From the NCBI GenBank assembly GCA_051362555.1, contig CM120641.1:27658401-27722400 (forward strand): 64,000 nucleotides of DNA. The letters are read 5' to 3'. The DNA comes from Lingula anatina. Taxonomy: Eukaryota; Animalia; Brachiopoda. Below the pieces are notes generated by a model. It ran no database searches and was not told where the DNA came from. It saw only the letters and a program-made list of their open reading frames with translations. Made by a program: the position numbers and the translations under genes. Shown piece by piece: positions 25,101-36,200 of the stretch; the first letter of the stretch is position 1; every line of letters begins with the position of its first letter.

Positions 25101-28100
25101 ACTTATCGTTTTATTGGTGAAAGTGCACGGTGACCGCGACAACAGACACATATCTAAAATGCTTGATGTTTCAAGTTCTCTAACAGATGACAACTATGCT
25201 ATTATGTTAAAATTATCACAATACTAAGTAAATTGTTCAATTTCCAAATTAACTTAACAAACACTGAACAGTTGTGTTATACAAAACTGTTTACCCCCTT
25301 TCAACTATTTCTTCTTTCTTTTATTTTCTGAAATTGCAGAGCTAAAGGATATAAAGGTCATCACTGCAAAAACTAAGATAGAAAACACATTAAAAATATA
25401 TGTATAAAAAACATGTATTGAACTTACCGTTAAATTTTGCACATTCTGATACTTGACATATCTTAGATTTACAATGCCGCCTTCTTTTATGTCGTCTGGT
25501 GTCAGTCTGAAGATACAAAGTGCATAATTCATTTCTGAACTTTAATGAAATGCATTTTCTGGAATTCTTTTAACCTTTTATAATGGAAAACAGATGCCTT
25601 ATAGAGTTAAAGTGTAAATGATGATGCATTGATTATTCTTGCAATAATTTTCATATCAGGCTAATTGTCTTTTCAAAGTTTTCTTGTTTTTGACTTACTC
25701 GAAGGATTGCACTGGCTCCATACTTTCTGCAGAATCAAAGTCCATTGTTTTTGGTTGATTTATAAAGATTTTAACATTCTTTGGTCCCTTATCTGAAATA
25801 TAATTTTTTAAAAATTCAAAGTATAAATAAGAGTCAACATAAAAATCTGCAATTTACAAGCACTCTCAAGAACTTTTAATATAAAAATAGCACTATTTAC
25901 ATAATGTACAAACCTCTCATGATACTCCACTGTTTCAGGAATATAGTTGAACAAAATATTAAAAGATAAATTGCAAATGTAGAATGCAAATTTAAAAGCA
26001 GCCTTTCTATAAGAGCATCACTGCCACATATATTACATGAAGACTGCCTTGTATTATTGATTATATCTGAATAAATCTGCAATGCATTTCAACCAAAGAC
26101 CTGTTAAAAGCATTTCATTTCAGGGAAATTGGCATGTGTAACAATCCATCTTCTAGAATAATCTATTTAAAACACTACTTACCTGGAGGCCCATATAGCT
26201 TGAAAGAATGCAGTTTCACTGGTTGTGAAAATTCCCCAGCAATAATCAGCTGTGAAAATTAATAATAATGTATAGATAACATCCAACGCCTTATAGAACA
26301 ATTTAACAAAGTTAACCAATATTTAATCATACTAACATACTGTAAATTACAGTGTATGCAATACATACCCAGTCTAAGAGATGTTATGTGACCATGGCAA
26401 GATATAAGCTTTATTCTGCTCTAGAGCTGTTTTCTCAGTGAAATGTGAGACATTCTCTCGCTATGTATGTCAAATCTCCTGTAATATATACTAGTATGCT
26501 CTTAACACAATTGCTGACCCTGGAGGTGTTCTAGCATATATCCCATGGATGACAGTATATTATCTCACACATAAAGGCAAATTCTTCCTACCTGTTCATC
26601 ACAGTCAGACTCAAGATGACCACTGCCTGACAATAAGTCTGAGAATGGATGGTCATCTGATTCATTAAGACATTCGCAACCACCTTTCAGAAAGAACGAT
26701 GACAAATCAATCTGCAAATAAAAAAAGATGCCATAGGTAAATCATGAATAGCATTTAGTTTATTCTTATCATGAGCAATAAGAAATTGCGCAGTAAATGT
26801 CTGCAGTTATCAGCCACTTTCATCATGGAGTAAGTGATCAGGGTTGTTATTGGAGGTAATACCTTTCAATTTCTTGTAGCACTTGATAAGATTCAGACAA
26901 ATATTTTTCATGTTTTACATTAAGTGTATACAGAGCTGATAAAAATTTTCTCAAGTTTGCCAAAGCCAAAATGTATTTTGATCAGTAATATCACTGTTCC
27001 CATAACCTGCACAACCACTTAAATCTTCCAACCCAAACAGATTTTTCTAAAATATCTTTATATAATATCCTCAAAATATTAAAACATTAAGAATTTGTAA
27101 GAATTCAATTGTGACAGAACGTATTACAGTTCTATTAAAGACAAGCTTGCCTTCCATCTGTGTTTGTTAAAGTCTTAAAAAGTAAACTTAAGTCATAAGT
27201 AGATTATGAAATGTCTTACATGGCCCTGTACTGTAGTATCTTCCCCTTCTCCATTTTCTGAATCTCCACCATACCACTTCTTGATCTTTTCCTCCAAACC
27301 CGCAGGATCCGCACCTTTTTGGCTATCAATTTTAGCCTGACTTTTGAAAAATATAAATGTTGGCATAGCAGAGATGCCATTTCTGGCTGCAGTTTCCTGT
27401 AAAAAAAAAAAAGAACTGTCTTTAACACATTATTTTTATATCTTAAAAATAAGAAACCAGTCTAAATATATTAAACTATTGTTAAATAAAAGTTCCAGTA
27501 TCAGAGTTATCCATATTATCATTTTATTGGATGACTGACAACATTCAATCACTTGTTAATTTAAAGAAGCATAATGAAATGCAGCATTCAATTACATAGT
27601 ACTCTGTACTTTAAATATAAAGGTGATCCTTGATCAAGTTACATAAATGCATAATATACATAAGCATTGTATAAGGACGAAATAAAAATGGAATATAGTT
27701 AAAAATTATTGAAAAAAAATTATAAACAAGGCACTGAATGGCAAAAAGGTGTGAAGTTGATAATGTGGTGTAAATAATAAGAAAAAAGTTTCAAAAATTA
27801 ATCATAATCTACACTATCTGGCACCTACAATTTGCCAATGCTAAATAAATATGTGTATGAAACCTGTGATTTTCTTTTCTTTTACAAACCTACCTGGCAC
27901 ACATCTACATCCACCTTTAAAAACACGGCATTGGGATACTTTACTGCCAACTGTTCCACTATTGGAGCAATATTCCTACACGGCCCACACCTACAAAAAT
28001 TACAAATAAAACACAAAGGATTTTTTAAGTCCCATAAGTATTTTTTTTTTCGTTATTATTCATATCAGTGACAAAGGAAAATTTTGTGAATAAAACAATG

Positions 28101-28357
28101 TTTAAAATTGAGGATACTATTACAAAACATTATTGACAAACGGCAGAAACACGCCGTTCTTTACACCAGAGATATCTATGCGAAGAAAACAATAGGTAGG
28201 CACAAAACAAAATACATTGGAGTGGGGATTGTACCGGCCGGATGCAAAACACTTACCATGTGGCAAAGAAATCAACTACCACCAGTTTGGTACCTGCGTT
28301 TTTCAGTTCTAGCTGAAAGTCCTCGTCTTTCTGTATTTGTTTCACCGCCCCTGCCAT
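10462..28357 (-). CDS. TXNL1: Thioredoxin-like protein 1 (Trx + PITH domains), 289 aa, 9 coding exons
   Basis: Exons 28257-28357, 27894-27990, 27220-27396, 26592-26711, 26183-26249, 25699-25792, 25428-25506, 11175-11279 and 10462-10491 total 870 nt in frame. Motifs: VDFFATW|[59 protein letters not shown]. Confidence 0.96.
10944..11151. mobile_element. Tourist/PIF-Harbinger-like MITE, family A copy 1
   Basis: TIR GACTGCATTCCCACAGATTTAGATCGAT / ATCGATCTAAAAATCTGTGGGAATACAGTC, flanked by TAA and TTA. Homologous to copies at 28920, 39507 and 44636. Confidence 0.8.
11977..15091. mobile_element. 3.1-kb non-autonomous TIR transposon with TA TSD (Tc1/mariner-type), nested in the HINE
   Basis: TA|CGGTAAAGTGCCATGAATTTCGAAC ... 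GTTCGAAATTCATGGCACATTACCG|TA, with subterminal CATGAATTTCG repeats. The flanks rejoin to match the uninterrupted HINE sequence near 19421-19460. Confidence 0.85.
15727..15986. mobile_element. Foldback MITE with a ~10-bp TSD (Mutator-like)
   Basis: Flanks CCACCCATTT (15717-15726) and CCACTCATTT (15987-15996). Arms are tandem CCCCGCACCGATACT units facing their reverse complements. Confidence 0.7.
17432..18612. repeat. Three tandem copies of a 394-bp unit (HINE 3' terminus plus an inserted hAT-like MITE)
   Basis: AACAAGGCAGCAAAGCTGTCAAATGTACAGAC starts at 17432, 17826 and 18220. Copies 1 and 2 look identical and copy 3 is slightly diverged. Confidence 0.93.
18790..19006. mobile_element. Short Helentron/HINE-like element of a second family
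   Basis: Starts AACTAGAAAAGCACTCCGAGAGTGCAGACCTCTGCCAAGG (stem-loop plus subTIR) and ends GACAGACA...AACCTCCTAGGCAGAG. Absent from the homologous region near 11670. Confidence 0.65.
19056..19134. repeat. (TA)n microsatellite
   Basis: Direct reading of the sequence. Confidence 0.95.
19700..20895. repeat. Tandem array with a ~337-bp unit inside the HINE
   Basis: GTCATCATGG...TTTTGATGCAACATTACAT...GCAAAGGTCTTCAGGATCATGGAACTTCAAAGTCACAC recurs at ~20030, ~20365 and ~20700, with a more diverged copy at ~19700. Confidence 0.85.
21305..21765. repeat. Tandem array with a ~159-bp unit at the HINE 5' side
   Basis: AAAAACAGCATAACTTCTA...CCGATCATGCTGATTTTCGAACTTGACCTG at ~21307, ~21467 and ~21625. Confidence 0.85.
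22139..22175 (+). promoter_or_regulatory. Putative core promoter of the nested Link gene (octamer plus TATA box)
   Basis: ATGCAAAT at ~22139 and TATATAAATA at ~22166, about 60-70 nt upstream of the ATG at 22235. Confidence 0.45.
22235..24003 (+). CDS. Small secreted single Link-module (Xlink, TSG-6/CD44-type) protein, ~142 aa, nested antisense in TXNL1 intron 7
   Basis: Exon 22235-22318 encodes [28 protein letters not shown] (donor GTAAGT). Exon 22884-22950 encodes [22 protein letters not shown] (donor GTAGGT, phase 1). Exon 23726-24003 encodes [91 protein letters not shown]. All four Link cysteines are present. AATAAA at ~24059 and ~24075. Confidence 0.88.
24300..25155 (-). mobile_element. 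Older decayed copy related to the 11284-21863 HINE family
   Basis: 24373-24443 resembles 11467-11535. Four diverged ~165-bp GCATAACT...GCTGATTTTC units lie at ~24492, 24662, 24826 and 24989. It ends AAGTGCACGG...ACAGACACAT like 21763-21848. Boundaries approximate. Confidence 0.65.
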
Positions 28358-28584
28358 TACAAAAAGATCAAAACAACTAAATTATAATCTTTATTACAGC
28401 AAGTCACAAATATCGCGCTGAATCACAGCCTCGTTTCGACTTAGAAATGGATAATCCACTAGCAACCGATTTACTCACAAGAGGGGACTCCTTAGCAATG
28501 AGAACTAATGTTGCGCTGCCGTGTGCCTCGTTTACCGAATGCAAATGGCTGTGAAGTAATAAGTATGGTTTTGGACAAAGTTAG
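28358..28584. promoter_or_regulatory. Bidirectional promoter region shared by TXNL1 and AP4E1
   Basis: Divergent start codons at 28357 (-) and 28585 (+) are 227 bp apart, and the gap retains CpG. Confidence 0.7.
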
Positions 28585-29899
28585 ATGATGTCTGACGCCG
28601 TGGAGAAAGCATTTGCAGCAATCCCTGGACTTATTAATGGGGGCTTGACGACGATCACTGCAGGCTCCCCAATCCATGTCCAGGGCTTTCCATCGTTTGT
28701 ACACAAAGTCTGTTCTTTAACCTCAAAATATGTGAGTTCGGATATGATTTTACAGTTTTTCTAGTTCTCACACTATTGTAATTACTATCAAATGCACTAT
28801 GATGGAATTAAGACTTGGTATTCATACCAGGGATAACAGGTTACATTCATAAAAAAAATATGCCGCTAAGCTAGATTTCTCTTGAGATGACCTGGTGTTC
28901 TGCTGACTCCTTACAATAAGGCTCTATTCCCATAGATTTTAGATCGATCTATCCCCGCGGGGAGTCTCACTAGATTACTTTCAGATAATCCGACTTGAAT
29001 GTCCGTCCCGCCTACTACAGGCTGTAAAGGGGTAATTAACTTTCGTGTCCGCCCGGCTTACAGCTATTTAGCGTGAACCCCCAGGGAGTTAGGTCGATCT
29101 AAAGTAGGTCGATCTAATCTATGGAAATGGGGTGTAAGTTGCACCTCAGTAGTAGTAGTGTAATACAGAATAATCAATGAGACAGAGTGAATATGTGGTC
29201 ACATTCACACACATATACCCACCCCCTCCACAAACGTACACAGATATTCACACTACTAGTAAGTTGATCAGTGATAGTGATGTTTTAATTAATTCTCAAC
29301 AAGGTCCCATTCCCAACAGCTGATAGGAAAGGATATTTTAAAGGTACAATATGGCAAGCGTCATTTACAACTTAGTCATCAAAACATAAATATAGATCTT
29401 CTTTCCATAAGCTGTTCACATTGATCTACTATATATTATTAATATTATTATAATATATTTTAATTTTAATTTGTTTTCAGGAAGAAGAACAAGTTGTGAA
29501 AAGGGAACTTACTTTAGTCAAACAACGACTAGCACAACCAAATATTACACAGGTATAATTACGTCAGCATTTTGTGCAGTGTCAGTTATAGCTATGATAA
29601 TAGTTTCTTAAAGCAACAGCTAAACTCTGGTGAAATCCTGTGATGCCTGAAATTTCTTTATTTTTTTGCACCCCTGTAAAATGAATGCAATAGGCAGTAC
29701 TAATAAGCTAGACAACCATTGAAAAGTTAGTTCACATTTGTCAGGTGCACATTACGCACATTTCTTTCAATCTTAGCAAAAAGCTTTATGTCTCTTCTTT
29801 GTTTAATTTATAACATTATGTATAGCAGCAACTTTTTCCTGGTATTTCATATAATTATAATATTCAAAAAGATACAACTTTATTCTTTTATTATTATTA

Positions 29900-29958
<59 letters not shown>

Positions 29959-30239
29959 AGTAAGAAATAATAAGAATTTTTATGACTTGTGATCTACTTT
30001 TGTATTTTCAGGCTCAGCAAGCAGATTGTCTGGTTCGTCTCCTGTTTGCTCATGTCTTGGGCTATGATGTCTCTTTCGGGTATATCAGTGCAGTGAAATT
30101 GGCACAACAAGGAACTCTTGCATATAAAAGAATGGGTAAAATGATTTAACAGGCATTTATTTGTAAATTTCTTAAGATATTAAAGTGATTTTCAGTGAGT
30201 CAACAGTTTTCTTGTATGTGCTCAGTGGTAAAACATTTT

Positions 30240-30287
<48 letters not shown>

Positions 30288-33200
30288 AAGTATATGATTG
30301 GTTCCTTTTTTACAATGTACAAAGTATTCTTTTCATTAAAAAATATATCTTATGTGATGTAGAAAAATATTTGCAATTCATTCATCTTAAAGAATTAATA
30401 GTCATGGTTCTGACATACAATACAATCTTTTAATTATCTTTCAGGTTACTTAGCTTGCACATTATTCCTCCATGAAAACCATGAGTTGGTGCTGCTACTC
30501 ATCAATACAATCCAAAAGGTAATGAACTACTTTAGGGCACTTTTCACATAGTGCGGTATAGTTTTCAGAATATTTTGAGACATACACAACTGAAGTGAAG
30601 CAATTCATCACCAGGATTTTGGTGCAGAATATGAATTTGTTAGTACACAACAAACATCACTCAGTCAAGTTCCAAACTCAGGAATACAAATGCATAATGT
30701 GATTTAAAGTGGGTTCATACATACACAGCATTTTCTTGGTTGTATAAATGCAGTTTATGATAAATTGTAGTAATTTTTTTAACTCGAAGGGTATGTAAAG
30801 AGACTTTGGGAAACAGAAAATGCAATTTGCAGTTTATTGCATTGGTAAATAAGAATGTTTTTTTTTTAAAGACAAGAATAATTATTAAGAGTTGCACATG
30901 TAAACTTTCCTAACATAGATGCGTGTGATTTTAATTGTTTGATGTGGTTTAAATTTCAGGATATCAACAGCAGTAACATCATGGATGTTTGCATGGCATT
31001 GACGGCCACATGTTCATTAGTGAATACAGAAATGATACCTGCTATACTTCCCTTTGTACAAGAAAAATTAAAGCATCAGAAGTGAGTGAACTAATTTTAA
31101 TCACTTGAAACTCATCTTAAATGTGCTATTCTGCAGTTTTCCTTCAGAATTTATTTATAATGATAAACATTGATTGGAAATTCTGACAAATATAGGATGT
31201 AGAATCCAGTGGCATGACACTGACAACACTTCAAAGACCAGGCATCAGTTTCAAAATCCCCCAAAGGCTGGGAACGGATGGAGAATTTCAAATGCTTATT
31301 ACAGTACATCCAAGACCAGTGAACACTTGGACCCTGAGTGTCATAGTCTTTTGTAAGCTTTCCATTCTTTACACCCTGAGTTTTTATTTTCCAGTCCTTA
31401 ACACCCTTACTTTCTAAGTCTCTACAGCATGTTAACGTGATTTTTACTGTACTAGTAGAAAGATGAACAGCACTGGCAAATACAGCCTGGGTACAGGTTA
31501 TTCATAGTCAGAACTCTATGACTATGACTAACCTGTACCCAGCCTGATGTGGAATTAAGAAGTAAGTATCGAGGAGAGACTTATAAAGTAAGTTGTTAAG
31601 GATTGGAAAATAAAAAAACGCTCATTACCTCCATATTGTAATGCTTTTGAGTTTATAGATGCACACACGGAATGGATTTCAGGGGTGGATTTAGGCTGTC
31701 TTCTGGGTCTTCCGGAAGACGGTCAGATTTTTAAGTTTACATTGTCCGGCATCTAATGTTTTCTGTCGGAAGACTGTAAAAATTGGAGGATGGATCAACA
31801 AAGATAATTTGGAAGACTGTCAGAAAATACCTTTGGATCCGCCCCTGGATTTATTCATAAATTCTTTTTACTACATTGCATTATAGAGAGATTATTCGCA
31901 AGAAGGCAGTCCTTTGCCTGTTCAAGTTTCACAGAATGGCCCCCAATTCCGTTCAACATATCCACCACAGTTTTAAGGAGGCACTGTGTGACAAAGACCC
32001 TGGAGTCATGTGGTCTGCCCTTCACATATATCATGACCTCATTAAGGTAACCATATGATATAAATACTTATATAAAAGAGGTTATATCCTTCAAATATGA
32101 AGACATGATTGTTTCATAACTTTTTTACATTTGAGAAAATTACAATTTTTTACCAAATGTGATACATGTAATATATGTACAAAGTAGTTGTGTTCAAAGA
32201 ATAATATTATGTCAGATTTGAAATTCAGCAAATGTATTTTGAAATGAGGAAACGAGTATTGAAAAGTGTATTTAAAAATTTGTCACATTTTTATTCTGAG
32301 AATGATGGACACCTTTTTTTTATAGATATTTTCAGATATTCACAGTTTTACATTCAATTTTTTGCTTTTTTGTTCATTTTCTTATAGCACAGTCCCAGTG
32401 AGTATCAGGACATCACTCAGAGCCTGGTCTCCATTTTACAGCAGGTAGTGAGCAGAAAACTTCCAGCAGACTATGAATATCACCATGTTCCTGCTCCATG
32501 GCTGCAGATTAAACTCCTACAGGTGCTAGGTTTACTGGGAAAAGACCAACAAAAGTATGACTCAGGACTTTTTTTTTTTTGCTGCCTTGTTTTATATCTG
32601 AACATTTATTCCTAAGTTATGTAGTCAAACTTCACTAGCTGTAGGTCATTAAAGGATAAGATATATATAAATAAATAGATAATCTCACTTTAAACTGTGC
32701 TTCCTGATAGTCCAGTTATTTCAGTTTCAAAACAGTTTGATCTTTTCCCATGTATTTTTCACTGAAGATAAAGTTTTAAATACATCAGGTTGCTGTTTTA
32801 TTGAAATATTTTTTGATTAGAAAATGCCAAATTTTTTAGAGAGATGTGTGACAATATATTTTATTTACTACAATATTTCAAATAAGACATTTTACTTGTA
32901 GGATAAGCAAGGTGATACATCCAGTCCTTGCAGAAGTGCTACAAAGAAGTGAATCTAATCAAAACATCACATTTGGTGAGGCCTTTTATGTTACAATGTC
33001 AATTTCCTGAAAAAGTAGTTTTTTCTTATATTTTATGAAAGCTTCCATATATTTTAATATAATTAAAATCCACTTCTCAGTCTGTACTTATCTAAAAAAT
33101 GAAAGATTGAAGCACAAGTAGTCAATAACAACCTGCTTTAGATACCTCATTTAAATAAATTACAAGTATTTAGATGCAGGTTTAATCTTGAAGAAAGAAT

Positions 33201-36200
33201 TATTGCACTTTACTATTATTGCATTTTAAGCATTTTAAATAATGGTGCATAACTTTGGTTTTCTGGTGACTGATTTTAGACTCAAATCTGTAGAAGTCTC
33301 TATATCTCCTTCATTCTGGAAAGTATGAGATTTATTTATATTTAATTAGGAGATCAACTACAAACACATTATAGAACTTGATTGTTATATACCAGTTTAA
33401 GGCTGCTTTTATATATATGTATGCTTGAAACAAATGAGATTGTATGTTTACTGTGTGATTAAAAAGGTAGTCTGCATGATGGACATGATTATTTAACTAT
33501 GGTGTGATTAAAATTGTATGGTAATTAGTTAGGCATATACAAATTAACATATTTCTGCGGTTGTAAATATTTTAAATTTTGCCGTCTTGCAGGTGTGGTA
33601 TATGAATGTATATTAACAATAACCAGCATAAGTTCAGATACCAGGCTGCTAGAGTATGCTGCAAAATGCACTGGGAAGTTCCTGAGGTCAAAAGCCAATA
33701 ATCTGAGGTACTTAGGTAAGAGTTCACTGGTCGCTTCTAGCAGAATCTGAATGTATGCAAAAAAGGTCCCCAAAAGAAATGTGATAGTAAATAAATACAG
33801 ATGACAGACACATATGACATTGTTATCTTTAAAGTTGGTAAGAAAAACACTAAAATTCAATTTGTAAAACGTACAAAATGTTATCTTTAAAGTTGATAAA
33901 TAAAATACTAAAATTTAATTTGTAAAATGTACAAAATTGTTATTTTTTTATCTATCAAACATATTGTAAGCTCATTATTTCAATTATAAAAAAGGGGCAA
34001 ATTTTTTTTTATTCAGGCATAAAAGCACTGACCAAAGTAATCCAGGTTGCCCCACAGCATGCCCTGGACCATCAGATGACAGTGATAGAGTGTCTTGAAG
34101 ATCCTGATCATACTATCAGAGCCAAGGTAAATACTATTCATAGGGTCTGTTCAGAACCATGGATCAATTATGGCCAACCCACTTGAAAGCTTGCCGTGTA
34201 ATCCCTGATGGGAATCCATTTGGGGTTAATGCAGCAAGCTATCAAGTGGGTGGGCTATGTTTGGTCAGTGGTTCAGTTAGTCTGCGGGTTTACTTGGTTC
34301 TGAACAGGCCCATAGTCTTCATGTTATCATGTTTTTTTTATTCATGAAGTCTTGGATTTTTATATTTTCTTTCTTGCAGACCCTGATTCATATTTTTTTA
34401 TTAGTATTTGAGATTTTTTTCTTGGTAAAACAAAGAAATGTTCTCTTCTTCATATATATGTGTTAAATATGTTATTCTCTTCCCCACTTCCATCTTCCTC
34501 AAGTTCTATGTCATATATTAATTTTTTTTTCAGACTTTAGAACTTCTGTACAGGATGTGCAACTCTGTAAATGTAAAAGTCATTTGTGACAAACTCCTTG
34601 AGTACATGGAAAAAGACACAGAGAACTCTATCAAGGGGGATATAGCAAGCAAGATTTCAAAACTCACTGAGAAATATCCTTTTTTGCTAACAAGTATTTG
34701 ATGCATTATGAAGTGAATTAAGATGAGTATAAAATTTGTTGTATATTATATAATACATAACAACAGTGTTATTATGTACAGCCAGTGCACAGTATACAAT
34801 TCATATAGAACATCAAAAATGTCTTCTCAGAATATATATTGATGATTCAACACTGATTGTGGACTGCCTTTTGCTTCCTGGTTTGATCTATTGTGATCAT
34901 TTCCTGAACATGTGCTACATATACTACCAATGTACAATGGTGCATAGAGATAGTCAACAGAATGGTGCTGCTAGAGGACTCTTTGGTCCCCCAAAGTACA
35001 GTCACTTCTTTGATACAACTAGTAAAAGGTAAGGGAAGAATCTCAAAGGTACGTTTGTAGATTTGTTTAATGTCAAAAGACTAATTGATGTGTTCTATTG
35101 TCTTGAAATATTTTGTATTGGCTAAATCCAAAATATAACTTTAAACTATTTTAATTATTTTTTTTTGATTTGTGTGTTGAAATATGAATATTGTGATATA
35201 TATATTTTTTTATTTTAGATAATAACTAAATAATATTTTTGTCAATAATTTTATCTGACGTAAGCTATTGTCAACTTTCTTATTATATTCAGAATCTGTT
35301 CACCTGAAAAATAAACCAATTACAGATGCTTCACTGAGAGGAGAAGATTCAGTCCTTCTGTTTGCAGTACAAACCTACTGGGAACTCCTGCAGAGAAAGG
35401 ATGTGCCAAATAAGCTGATACAAATCGGTGCTTGGGTACGTTGGTCATAATATTTATGCTCCTGGTCAGTGTTAGGTCAGCTCTGGGATACATAAACAAC
35501 CGGTGTTAAGTAGCCCTTTGTTACGCTGTCCTGACTCAGTGCCATGCTTGATCTGTTATCAGGTTGTGATCAATTTTTTTTCTCCAGGATTGAGAATCAA
35601 CAGGTTGCACCATGTAGGTCAGTTGATGTTATCTTTATTTTGTAAATTCGTAAAGGAACCATTGATAAACAGCTGTATTCAGGACCCCAAGTTTGATTTA
35701 TGGGTTCTATTGCTGTGCCAGCAAATATCTTTTTACATGAAGTTACATGGAACAGGTTTAGATAAAATCTGACATGTTCCTGTACATTGAAATCAAAGGT
35801 GCCCTGCTGGTTATGTATTGCAGTTTATTTCAAGGATTGTTGTTTTGGTGAGATATCTATTTTTTTTACTGCGTGGTGCAATTGTTTTCAATAAGATCTA
35901 CCTTCAAACATATGTAAAACACGTCTTACGACACAGTTTGAACTTGACAGAATGGCAACATAAATACAAGTGCCAAAATGCCGTGCTGGATGGATTCATT
36001 AAGGTTATCACAATTCTAATTTGTTTCAGAGTACAAAAATGTGTAGAAGATAATGTTTTTCATGTTGGCAGTTATTCTACCTTGAAATCATGTGGTTTAT
36101 GTTATCACTTTCATAATCATGCTGATATAGTAACTCAATACCCAAGGTGATTTCAAGAAACTTCTAGCATTTAAATTAATTCAGTTTGGACTTCTTTTAT

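Noticed and set aside
11284-25155. Idea that the Link gene is cargo captured inside one giant Helentron
   Set aside because: The main element has a complete 5' terminus at ~21863 and its flanks rejoin into the original splice acceptor. The Link gene (from 22235) therefore lies outside it and probably predates it.
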